Source of the DNA: Octopus bimaculoides
Lineage: Eukaryota
Direction of reading: 5' to 3'
Assembly: GCF_001194135.2 (NCBI RefSeq)
Contig: NC_068981.1
Coordinates: forward strand, 44,991,897 to 45,055,896
DNA length: 64,000 bases
Shown here: positions 1 to 12,470 of the stretch, piece after piece
Layout: each line of letters opens with the position of its first letter
Numbering within the stretch: the stretch's first letter is position 1
Notes under the pieces: model-generated
Database searches by the model: none
What the model saw: only the letters and a program-made list of their open reading frames with translations
Told to the model about the DNA's origin: nothing
Program-made: the position numbers and the translations under genes

Positions 1-2234
1 TATATATATATATATGCACACGCACACACGCATGCACACACACATATGTACACGTATATATATATGTATGTATATTGTCTAGTACACTTTTGTATATAAA
101 ACGTTTAGAATTTTCATCCTATTAAATGTTTGAATTTAAATAATTATCTTCAGTTATATGTGGTTCATTGCTTTGCATTCGATTCCATATATTTTACAAT
201 TAATACATATACGTATTAACAAAATTTTGTTGGTAACCCATTGTAATACCCTAATACTCAAAAGACATTTGTCAATGGCATAGAACTTTATGCATAACGT
301 CGAACCATTATTGCATTCTGATGAATATTCGATTTTCCTTATGGAATTATGAATATTGATGTAACTTTCTCATGTCCGATTACATATTCATTAATATAAT
401 TTAATGTCTGAATCAAAGAACTGTTGCGCATATTCTAGATCAACATAAGACGACAGTAAGTAAAAGTCCACCCTTAAATGAAGTCTACACATTTCACGAT
501 TCGATTGGCCAACTAATTTCTTTTAATATTTTCTCTTAAACATTTATGGTATAATAAAAGTTCTTCAAATAACTGCTTTCAATTATTATCTTCTCTGAAT
601 GTATATTTATTTTGAAGTTTTCCCATCAAGTTCGACACTTATCAGTCTCTCAATCCAAAACAATCAAATATGGATTTTTGTTTTTAGTTCATTATTCTTT
701 TGAATGCATGGAAGACATAATGTTAAGAGATTTGTTAAGATACTAAATTCCAGAGAGCAAAATTTCTACTGACTGAATTTTGTTAGATACATTCAGCTAT
801 TTGGTTCTAGGTTCATTCATTCTACTTGAGTGTTGATTCTATTACATTTGAGTTATTTTAAGAGACACCATTAAAACATTCCAAATTGTATGTATCCTAA
901 AGTGAACTTGTTGCGAATATTTGTCTAATTTCAAGCATATTGTATTCATGTTACCATTCTGTTTAAACTTCAACAAGTAGGAACCTATGGATTGATTTTA
1001 TGTTAAGTGTGTCAACCTTAGATAAAATGATAATTTCGCTGCAAGTAATGCAATATTTATAATGCAATTTGCAATATAAAATTTTGAATTTTTATTTCAT
1101 TAGTTTATATTTAGAGATAGTTTTCAACATCCTTCATTTCACAAATTCTTTTTTGTCATTTCGTATCTAACAGAAGTGCATGACATAAAACCAACGCTGT
1201 ATTGCTAAATAAATAAATCTGTTAAACAATTCCCTGCTTCTTAAAATTTTCATACCACGTTCTTGAGAATCATTTTCAAAGTGAAATATTCGCGAAACTG
1301 TAACTGGGATACAATCATGAAACAGCTAAAAGTAATATGAAAATAGGATATTTCATGGGAGTGGTAGGATACATAACACGAAATAAATTCATTATAACAA
1401 GCAAATTAGCTAGTCAGAACATTTCTATAGGAGATCAAAGCAGTAACTATACTAAGAAGCATGGCTGTTCCGTAGGAACCGACTTTACCCCTTGTTTAAC
1501 CCGAAAGGGGACGCCTGCTCAAGCTGGTTAGTCGATGCAATCTGCATTCGATATACATTGAAAGCAAAAGTGCGAAACCCCACCATATTCCAGCGACGGG
1601 ACCACCAAACTATGCGGTTTAGAGGTAATTCTGCTCATCCACAGTGGCGGATACTCGTCCACTAGAAATAGTAGTAGCTCACTCAGACGCGCAGTATATA
1701 AAAAAGTGAGTGACAGTCAGTCCCTGATTTTACAACAAGCAAATTAACTAGTCAGAAAAGTTTTATAAGAAATGAAATCAGTAACTATACTGAGAAGTAA
1801 TGTTTATATCCTCTTCAAATCGCTGTTCCGTTGAAACCTTCATTACTACCATTTCAATTAACTACGATAGATTAACTAATGATAGTTCAGGCTAAATGTC
1901 GTTGCTTTGGAGGTAACTCGAAATAACCAAGTGGTTCATGTTTTAATTATTTCATAATTTAAAATTATTAGGAAACAACACTGCAAATTTGGTTTTCGTT
2001 TATATCTCAATGTTGAAGTAAATTGTATCATCAAAATCTACTGTTGTACTCATAAAAAATAAAAAAAAATATATGTCTTCTGTAGATCAGTGATTTATTA
2101 CGCAAAAGTTAATCTTGGATAGGGCGTAAAAGAAATATGCAGTACATACTATCGTATAAGCCGACTCTGCGTATAGGTTGATGTGAAAGTGTTACACCAA
2201 AATCGTCAGATTTTAGTGTATTTCTCTTTCTACA

Positions 2235-2405
2235 ATAAGCGTAAGGCGTGGAAGTTTTGGTGTGAAAGTGTTTAAGCGAATGCATCGGCTCCAGTTGTTA
2301 GCTGATACTTATTTCATCGAATCTAATTGGCGGAAAGACAAAATCGACATCATGATGGCTTCAACTTAGACCGGAAAGAGAAGGAATGATGCTAAACAGT
2401 TTGTT
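2235..2405 (+). mobile_element. Degenerate SINE fragment
   Basis: TACTTATTTCATCGAATC...GGCGGAAAGACAAAATCGAC resembles the better-preserved copy at 35937-36072. Confidence 0.55.
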
Positions 2406-3529
2406 TAGTGTGTTAAATGATCTGCTAGGGCATAATATTTCTGGTATATAAGCCGATGGATCTAAAGAAAAAATTCATCTTCAGAAATATAAAAGAATTT
2501 ATGCATAGTCTTCGTCAATCATGATTTTAATTGGAAGGGACATATCTCTCTCCGAAGCCATACATAAACACAGAAGATTTTACAGTAAAAGCATAAATGT
2601 GAACGACCTACAGCTGTATGAAGCCATGTTGAAGGGTATTATTAAATTATAAATTGGATAAATAAATATAAATATGCTTGCTTAATTTCTTAATTTTAAA
2701 CTAATGTAATTAGCACCACAACTTCAATGAATTACAGCAGATAAGTCCTTCTTACTACTAGTAAATTATCGTAAATATACTTAAAACGAGGATTAAAGGC
2801 TCTTCGATCTTTGTATTTATGCTTCACTATCTCTCTGAACAATTGCCCATCTAATTACAAATGACTTGCTGGGAAACAGATATTAGTCCTACTTGTTAGC
2901 ACAAACCTATCAAAGTGTCGCAACCTCAATGAAAGCGAATGCCAGTGACTACCGTATACCAGTGTTTACCGATCCATTTATATGGATATTGTCTAGTACA
3001 TATCTAATGTATTTAAAAATAAATTAAAAGTATGTCAATTTTCTTTTAGTACATTTGAATTTATTTCATATATAGTATTAGAAAATTGTGTTGCACGTAT
3101 CTGGGTGCATTTGGGCAATAGCATTCTCAATGCTCCAATTAAGTGAATATTCATTTTCTTGTATATGATGGCGTAGTGATTCCGTTTTAATTAAAATTAC
3201 ATCTCTAGTGATACTCCAAAACAAATCCTACATGACACACACTTTTGGCTTCTGTGTAGGCGGTATACGTTATATATTGTGCTGTGCTTATGTATATTTC
3301 TATGCATGTATGTACTCACACAGACCGGCCTCCCACTATTTTGGTGCACCTAATTCTTCGATTTCTCTATGCCATTGGATTACGTCACAATTTTATTCAT
3401 TCGGAGTATGCCATTTCTTCATCTTTGGTTATATGTATACATACGCGCGCGCGCGCACACACACAGAGACTTAAATACATATGAGTGTTTATGCGTGTAT
3501 ATCTGTGTACCTATCTATCTATTTATCTT

Positions 3530-3587
<58 letters not shown>

Positions 3588-4927
3588 TCGAAATGAGATA
3601 ACAGATCCTGTGAGGAGTTTTCAGGACATTTCTAATGAAATAGTATCACAGCTGTTTCTGGGATATTATAGATATAACTTCATCAGAGGCGGTGTGAGAA
3701 TATATTTAAGTTCGAATTGTTGTGGGAAGGGAGGAGATACGGAATATAGAGGGAATTTAGAGAATGAAAGTAGAAATAATATATAAAAAAATATTATAGT
3801 TGGAGTTTCAATATTCGAGGAAAAGGGTCTCTAGAAGGGGTAAAAGTTTTCCTGTGCACGATATGTAAGTTCCAATAGCAGCTCATGTTTTGAAGTATGG
3901 AGCCGTGGAATCAGTGTTGCTCGTCGAAAGGCTTCTGAGGTGTGAATGATAATTTGACAATGTATTGGTTGTATTTGTAGATAGATGGTGGAAGGAATGT
4001 TTAGAAAGAGAAGGTAGGTCAAATTTAAAACAGGAAGAGAAAATGAGAGGAAGAAAAAGAAAAAAAAATAGGGAGAGAGAAAAAACAGAGTGCGAAAAAA
4101 GTGAAGAAAGTGTGAAGGAACTGAGAAAGTGAGTGGTAGTTTATGGTCAAGATAATGTGATGGGAGGGGTGTGATGGAAGGATAGGAAGAGATAAGTAGG
4201 TAACGATTGAAAGAATGTGAGATATGTGAGTAGGGGTGATATGATAGAGCAGCATTAATGGTTGGATGGAGACTAGTTAGAGAAGAGGTTAGGGTGGGGT
4301 GGCACCGAAGTGAGTAGTACGTTTGGTAGTAAAATTTGAGGTGGAGGGAAGAATGCAAGGACATGAAATTACTATAAATATACGTATGTGATAGGTAGAA
4401 ATAGAAGAGGAGGAAAGAAGGTATAATGGCATATGTACGCATGCACTCCCATACATGCAAATATGTATACATATAAACGCACATATATACACAAATATAC
4501 ATACGCCTATACATACACACGCACATATAACCATGCATAATCACGCGCATCCGTAGAAGCATTCATACAGGCACACACGTATATATGCATGCACACGTAT
4601 ATATTCCCCTACTCACATATCTTATATTCTTATACTCTTTGCTTTCTCATATCTTTTTATCACTCCCACACAGTTATTCTATCCCCCATCAAATTATCTT
4701 GACCACCAACTAACACTCGCTTTCTAACATCCTTCACCTATCTTCACATTTTCTCTCTTTGTTTTTCTCCCTCTCTGTTTTTACTTTTTTCTCTCTTTCT
4801 TCCTCTCATTCTCTCACACCATCTCTTATGAAAGCATATCCATAATATCCCAGAAACAGATGTAATACTATTTCATTATAAATATCCTAAAAACTCCTCA
4901 CAGTCTTGGATTTCTTATCTCATTCTG

Positions 4928-4973
<46 letters not shown>

Positions 4974-7934
4974 TAATACAAGACCCACATTAGACTCCTC
5001 GTATCAATAGCAAACCAAGGGTTTAAGAACGGTCGATTCATAGCACTTAGCTTTACCTGACACACTTTGGGTCTTCTAGATACCAGTACCTCACACACAC
5101 ACTCACACACACGCACACACACACACACACACGCACGCATACACACATATATTATTGCAGTGTGGGGAAGCAAAACTTGGATCAAAATTTAAACTAATAT
5201 TTCACAACAAGCACTATACTAAATGATATGAAAACTAATGCAGAACAAAGAGTACATTGTCAGCTATTAATAAACTCTCTTTCGCGGGAATATTGGAGAA
5301 TAAGACTGCGCAGGAAGAAAAATGACAAAGAACATGTGATTTGGTCCGTGTTCAAGTCGATCCGAAGAGAATCTCCAGCATAGTCAGAGAATCATTTAGC
5401 ACAGTTTTACAGAGTCAAGAAAGAATCATCATGGGCAAAGGCATTCAGAGGAAGTCTGGCAGCAGTGCGTCCAACAAGAACTGGGATCAAGACTTCATTC
5501 AAAATTTCAATGGATACATCTGCAGTAACGTATAGGAAATATACGAATAAAGGATTGAAATACGGTTATTTAAATAGATGAAAAATCAAAAAAGGGAATA
5601 CAGATTCTTTATGTTGGCGAATGTAAAGTCTATTGTAATTGTATTGGCTTCTCCAATCCGTTAATTGAATATTCCTCCAATGGTTTATAACTGTGAGTAA
5701 AAGTGAATAGATTGAATGATAAATATATCCTGATGCCAGTTATGTTGCATATAGTGCAAGGAAAATACAGCCAAAATGTTATCACTAATGTATACCAATC
5801 TTTCGAGGAATGTCCTGTGATGAGAGAAATGGAACTAGCCTTTTAAAGGGAAAAATGTTTTAATCATTGACATCTTTTTGAATTTTACAACGAATGTAAA
5901 TGTAAATTTTATAACTTCTCCCTATTGATATATTTCTCTTCTATAGAAATGGAAATATGTCACTCTTATATGTGGAGGTTAAATGCGATTTCATAAATTA
6001 TAAATTTCCTCAAAGTAGATTGAATTACAATATTAGAATAAAAATATCATATATATTGGGTATTATTCTCCAGATGGAATCAAGACTATAATTTACGGTA
6101 CAAAAATTCTATCCTAAAGGAAAATGGAATAAGGAGTGATTTCTAATATCATTAATGCTATATAATATTAAGTTTCATTGGAAATAACATACTTTTGAAG
6201 GGACTAAGTGGGACATACATGATTCTGTTAATGATTCACCGTTCTGATTAAAGCATTTGCTTATAAATATATATAATGCAATGTAAATATCCCAATGTTC
6301 TAAAACGGATTTGTGAAAAAGAATGTGCTAGGAGCTATCATTTTAAATGTAAGCAGATATTTTACTATCGTAACTGACTCATGTTTATATACATGCGGGG
6401 ATATTTCATGCAATATTAGGAACAAATGTTGTAATATAAAAATAGTTGTCTCTCTCTCCCCCTTTCACTCTCTCTCTCTCTCNNNNNNNNNNNNNNNNNN
6501 NNNNNNNNNNNNNNNNNNNNNNNNNNNNNNNNNNNNNNNNNNNNNNNNNNNNNNNNNNNNNNNNNNNNNNNNNNNNNNNNNNNNNNNNNNNNNNNNNNNN
6601 NNNNNNNNNNNNNNNNNNNNNNNNNNNNNNNNNNNNNNNNNNNNNNNNNNNNNNNNNNNNNNNNNNNNNNNNNNNNNNNNNNNNNNNNNNNNNNNNNNNN
6701 NNNNNNNNNNNNNNNNNNNNNNNNNNNNNNNNNNNNNNNNNNNNNNNNNNNNNNNNNNNNNATATATACGCCCGTGCAAACATTCATTCGGGCAGACAAT
6801 CAGGCAAATCCAGAGCGGAAAAATGGGACATTTGCATATGTATCTATGTATAGTCTCTCTCACACACACACACACACATGCACACACACACACACATACA
6901 CACATACACACACAATACACACACATACGCACACACACTATCGTACATACATGTATATATACACACTGAGGAAGAGAGAGAGAGAGAGAGAGGAATAGGC
7001 AGCTAAGGAGACAGACAGACAGACGCAGAGAGTAAAGGGAGATTGAGAGAGAGAGGTTAAATCGAAACGTGTTTGTGAGTGATAAAAACATGCAAATTAG
7101 TGAATTCACCTGGTTCACTTCGTCCCCTCTCATATCGTAATGAATTGTTTTAAGATATGAATATCACATTTAATAAGGTGCAGCACTTCTCATATAGGTG
7201 CCTATATTTATGTAATGCTTAAGTCTGATATTGGTATAATGCTAGTATTATCTGATATTTATGCTCGACCTTTATTATTGCATTTATTCATCGAGGAAAT
7301 AGGAACTAAATATTGAATATGACGTTATTTTATCTGAACAACTAACGGATATAAAATATCACGTAAATATAATGATGATTGATTGCATATGCTACTCGTA
7401 TGACAATTGTTATTTTGACGTATATATATATATATATTTTATATAATTCTAGCTTATCAAAATGTGTTATTTTCCGGAAATATGAATTTAAAATAATGTA
7501 TTCATACATTAATATAAAATATTTTAAACATTGATAGATGAACATGCATTTTGCGGAAGAGTAGTATTAATATTTTTAAACATTTTCAGTTGATATAAGT
7601 TGACAAGAATCTATTGTGATAACAGTTATTTTTCATAATTACAAGTGAAAATGTAAAAAAGAACAATCAAGACATTTATTAAAAGACACTCGCACACATA
7701 AACAGGCATGCGAATATACATATACATTCATATCTAGGTATACTCGGGAATAACTGGTTTATACGATTTAAGGAATTAGTGCATCCTTACATTTTATTTT
7801 AATTATCTAAACCTGCATGCGTTTTATTTCATGAATGATCTGCAAATTCTGTAGGATTGTTTGACAGAAAGTTATTATTTTTAATGATATTAACATGAAT
7901 TAGAACGACAAAAACAACAACAACAATGACAATA

Positions 7935-8050
7935 ATAATGGCTTCAAGTGTTGACACCGGGCCAGGAGTTTTTGAAGGAAGAAGGAAATCGACTACATCG
8001 ACCCCATTATGTGATAGGTCCATAGTTTCTCATCTCCAAAAGGAAGAATT
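7935..8050 (+). mobile_element. Degenerate SINE fragment (5' part of the ATCGACCCC family)
   Basis: ATAATGGCTTCAAGTGTTGACACCGGGCCAGGAGTTTTTG...ATCGACTACATCGACCCC; same layout as the copy at 31645-31755. Confidence 0.65.
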
Positions 8051-8429
8051 CATTCAGAGCGATCGCGTCAAGAACCTGGAAAAATCCTGTTGTATTTCAC
8101 AATAAAAATGGACCAGGCGCTTGAACAAGGAAGCCGAATATTTCGGTGGACAAGTTGTACGACATGAACTCTATACGTGCCCTATCTGATCCACGTTCAG
8201 TTATGAAAGAAAGCGAAAATATAAACCTATAGAAGCCTCCTAAATACTAGTTATCTAGACTGCAGAAAATGAAAAAAAACAAATATGATGATAGATTCAA
8301 TTATTGTTGGGATTATGAGAACATTATCAGACGGTATTAAAAGGAATATTAAGGAAATGTTAGTAGAGTTCCCTGTTCTTGACAGAGTAATAATAATATA
8401 GGATTACAATTTTGTCAAAAACCCAGTAG

Positions 8430-8585
8430 TTAAGTAGAGGGGGTACCTCGATTGCTTATTTTATCGATCTCGAAAGGATGAATGGCAAAGCCGACCCCAT
8501 CGGCATTTGAACTCTGGTCATATAAACGAAAGAAATGCCGCTAACAATATTTCCGGAGCTGTAACGACTGCGCCAGCACGCTGGG
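8430..8585 (+). mobile_element. SINE 3' fragment
   Basis: CTTATTTTATCGATCTCGAAAGGATGAATGGCAAAGCCGACCCCATCGGCATTTGAACTC...GAAATGCCGCTAAC, aligns by eye with 35937-36072. Confidence 0.8.
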
Positions 8586-8639
8586 TCTGCAATCAGCCAT
8601 GGAGAAGGACCACTCCCATTTCAAAGTCAGGGCACCAAT

Positions 8640-9310
8640 CGGAGGATACATATAGCAAATGCACAGGATATCATGGATGCATAGTAGAAACGAAAGTGCC
8701 ATAACGTAAAGAATGGACAATTCCTTGCAAGAATATAATGGTGTGAGTGATGAAATAATTAAGATCAGGAAACGATTATACGCTGAGGATTAGATGATAA
8801 TGAACAGGGATTTAGATCTCTCAAATGCAGAAAAGAGGGAATTTAAATGTAACATCTGGATGGTAGAACAATGAAGACTGAAGCAAGAAACGATTTAAGT
8901 TAATAATTAATTGAAGTATATAGAAACAGAGAATATCCCGCAAGCATATAAACTCACAAAGACTGCAGGGAGGAGAGAACTGAAGATCAATGTGAACAGA
9001 ATCTTAACGGAAAAAAAGAACAAAATAAACAATCTTGATGGAAAAGGAGAATATCAGAAGGTAAAAGTTCCGTGAACAGAAGAAGAAAAGGAAGATTGAT
9101 GGTTGAACATAAATTTGAAAAAATTGAAGAAGTATAGTGCAGATACAGTAGGACAAAATGCTGTGACTGAAGAGCTGAAGCAGCGCATTGCGGTCAAGAA
9201 AGCAACACCAACTAGGATTAAGCAACGATTAAACAATACCGGCAAAACCACTTGTTTAGAATCGACAAACAAAGATGTAATGAAGAAATTAACGAGGATT
9301 TGGAATGCGA
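8640..9310 (+). mobile_element. R4/Dong-like non-LTR retrotransposon, decayed pre-RT region
   Basis: Frameshifted peptides LKYIETENIPQAYKLTKTAG, EELKQRIAVKKA and QYRQNHLFRIDKQRCNEEIN resemble the EELKQRI..KA...QYRQNRMF..DQKR segment of R4/Dong-type ORFs (family knowledge, no search run). Confidence 0.7.
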
Positions 9311-9404
9311 AAGATTAGTTCTCAATTCAGCAAAATTCGATAGGTTTGGGGTGAGATATGTAGCGAACAAAAACAACATAATACTGAAGCTGAATATCTA
9401 TGGA

Positions 9405-9827
9405 TTTGCATGTCAGTTGTTTGACCTTACCCAGCTGAACATATCCCTTGGTGGCTGACGATATGGGCATCTCTGATCATGAGCAGAAGTAATGGGGGAG
9501 CATCATAGTCACGTGTTGAGAATAATTCTTTGAGAATATTTCACCTTTGGAAACATGGGTGTTTTGCTCAACATCCTTAAACATACCTTATTCAGGGACT
9601 TTTTGAGCTGGTTGGGCTACTCGACATGAAGGAAATTCTAACTGAGTCCCACCTGCGAAGTCATGCGCTGTTTGTCATGATATGAGATCACCATGTCGCA
9701 CACATATGTTTGTGATGCATGTGCCTGGTGTGCCCTTACCAGACGGGTAGTTATGATGGGTATAATGGGCTTCGTATACTTTGTCCCAGTTTCACTTCGA
9801 TGGCATGCACTGCTCTCTCACTCAATC

Positions 9828-9880
<53 letters not shown>
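9405..9880 (+). mobile_element. Abundant octopus SINE-like retroposon with (AAT)n tail
   Basis: GGCTGACGATATGGGCATCTCTGATCATGAGCAGAAGTA...GATGGCATGCACTGCTCTCTCACTCAATC followed by (ATA)n; recalled as a high-copy octopus repeat. Confidence 0.75.
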
Positions 9881-9882
<2 letters not shown>

Positions 9883-11587
9883 CAATAAGAATAATAAAAT
9901 GAGAGACTGATATGAATTAGAAACAAAAGGAGCGTATTATTAGAATAGATTGAAAATCGCTCTAAAATCATATCACTTCATTTTGTGCATCACCAGTGTT
10001 AGCATATGTAGTAATTTCTTAACAAATTACGGTGAAACACGTGAAGATGAAATATAACAGCACTTGCACTACATTCGTTTGATATGCACACATACATATA
10101 CACACCAAAGAGATAAATATAAAATTATGTAAAATGTTGTGAAGGAAAATTAATGCGCAAAATGTAAGACATTTAGGAGATTGTGGAGGAAATTTCTAGA
10201 GATTGTGAACAAATTTCCACTTACAATAATCTTTGCGTGCAGTATGAGAAATGCCTTTTCCATTGTAGACACATATAGTCAGTATTTCGTGGGGAATATT
10301 TATTTTTGATGAAAGTCATTTTTGAAACATTAGTCTTTATAAGACATTTCACTGATGTGGAGTACATATTTTTCGGAGAAAAATTCCACGTTTTGCCAGA
10401 AAAAATACCAAAGTATTGAATTCAGGCAATTAATATCAGATTATTTGGAGGCCAGCTAACAATTATAATTTCAAAATTTCTTAACTTTTTGACAAAAGTG
10501 ACATCTTATGCTGAATTTTTTTGAAATACGTTCATAGAAGTTTGTAATTCTCTTATACATTTTTCCTTCGTTTAAAACAGCCATTGCTATAGCATTAATA
10601 TTATTACCATATATTAAATTATATGGAATATCTTCCTTTTTTTCGTTTAACACAGCCATTTTTTCTTGCATTAATATTATTACCATATATTAAATTATAT
10701 GAACTATTTTTTCCACGATGTTGTGTTTCATTGTAGACCACAAACAATTTTAACCGGTCTGATGGAAACACAACCCCAACATGCCAAATAATAAGCTGTA
10801 TCAAAACCGTCAATATATATTATTTATGTATTATACTTAATGTGTGTGTTTGGTATAAATGCTTTCTGCTTGTAGTATTTCGTTCAGAGAAAGTCCCTTT
10901 CAGAGCAAGAAATGCGCCATGTACCTGAGAACCAGCGAAAAAATCGCCCTCTAGATGCTACTCATCCGTGCAATATACCAGATTCATTGACTAGTCTGCT
11001 CTATATAGAGGGAGTGTAAATACATATCTAGAGAGGTGTAACAGCGCCGTACAAAGTTAAACAAAATTACACTATGATATATGTATGCATATATATATAT
11101 ATATATATATGTTTGTGTGTGTGTGTGTGTGTGTTTGTGTGCGTGTGTGTGAGTGTGTGTTTGTGTGCGCGAGTGTGTGTATTTGTGTGTGTTTGCAAAA
11201 TACGGTTAAACACAAGATTAAATTGTTCCTACGCATGTTTCAACATTGTTAGTGGTTTGGAGCTCGTAATAGGTGTTCCGAGTGCATTTAGATGCTGAAG
11301 CACAACGAAACACCAGTTAACACTTTATTGTATTAAATTACAGATAACTATAGAAGGTCATTCGCAATTATTCAGGAAACAGGCTACAGTATGATAATCT
11401 ACGTGGAACTCTCAACACAAAAGTATGGATTTAGGAAAAGTTGCATAGCGCATCAAATGAAATCTGTATTTAAAAAAAAAAATTGTATTGATAAGATGTT
11501 TCACACATTTATACAAGGGCCGCCTTAATACAGGTTCATAAGTATTGACATGCTCCAATGAGATGATCCCTAACAATTTTGGACATA

Positions 11588-11749
11588 GGCGCAGGTGTGG
11601 TTGTGTGGTAAAAGGCTTGCTTCCCAACCATATGTTTGCGGGATCAGTCTGACTGCGTGGTGCATTATGCAAGTTTCGTCTACTATAACCAGGGGCCTAT
11701 CAACGCCTTGTGACTAGATTTGGTAGACGGGAAAATAAAGAAGTATGTC

Positions 11750-11783
<34 letters not shown>

Positions 11784-12034
11784 GTGTGTGTGTTTGTGTG
11801 TGTGTGTGTGTTTGTGTGTGAGTGTCTTTGTATCTGTGTCTGTCCCCAACCATCGTTTGACAACCGATGTTGGTGTGTTTATTTCCCGTAACTTAGCGAT
11901 TAGACAAAGCAGATCGATAGCATTAGTACTAGGCTTACAAAGAATAAGTCTTCGGGCGATTGTTTCGGCTGAAACTCTTTAAGTGGCCGCAGTCAAGTGA
12001 CGGAAACGAGTAAAATAAAAGAATAAAAGAATAA
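11588..12034 (+). mobile_element. Near full-length tRNA-derived SINE with internal (TA)/(TG) tract
   Basis: tRNA-like head GGCGCAGGTGTGGTTGTGTGGTAA, body TTGACAACCGATGTTGGTGTGTTT, tail GGCCGCAGTCAAGTGACGGAAACGAGTAAAATAAAAG; related copies at 38425, 46365, 47880 and 55595. Confidence 0.9.
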
Positions 12035-12059
12035 TGCTGATTATGGCGGAGTTACAACA

Positions 12060-12470
12060 TTTTATTTTATTACGAAAGTGTTCATTGACTGCTCTCTCGA
12101 CTACGCGCCATAAGTAATAGTCTAGTGGATTTAGATCTGGTGAGCTATGAGGTTCTGTATCAGGGAGAATATGGTCAAGGAGTTTGGTACACATCCAGGC
12201 GTAAGTTTTACAAGCGTTAGGAGATGCAGTCTTGTTAGGAAAAGTACTATGTTCCGTTGCGTACTCTGTCTATTCAGGGCCACACAGCATATTTTTCAGA
12301 ACCTCTATATAGTCAGCGGCACTCATTCTTCAGCCTTGTATTAAAAAGGTGAGGAAGCATGCCAGCTCCCTCGTTGCTGACGACTCTCAGGCACATCAGA
12401 GTTGCTGGGCATTTAGTGTGTGCCCACATTGGAATCTCATTTAGATTTCTTAGACATCTGCTTAGAAATT
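12060..12470 (-). mobile_element. Tc1/mariner-superfamily transposase relic (resembles the DD37D/maT group)
   Basis: Minus-strand peptides PMWAHTKCPATLMCLRVVSNEG..MLPHLF and SSPDLNPLDYYLWRVVERAVN (SPDLNP motif), with stops and frameshifts. Confidence 0.85.

Noticed and set aside
3831-4562. 243-aa minus-strand ORF
   Set aside because: Low-complexity pyrimidine-rich and (TG)/(TA) sequence; no domain.
7829-8023. Minus ORF with an LRR-like DLSHN and an apparent transmembrane helix
   Set aside because: It is the antisense of a SINE relic (7935-8050), and the hydrophobic run comes from an (AAC)/(AAT) repeat; the frame is closed by a stop just upstream.
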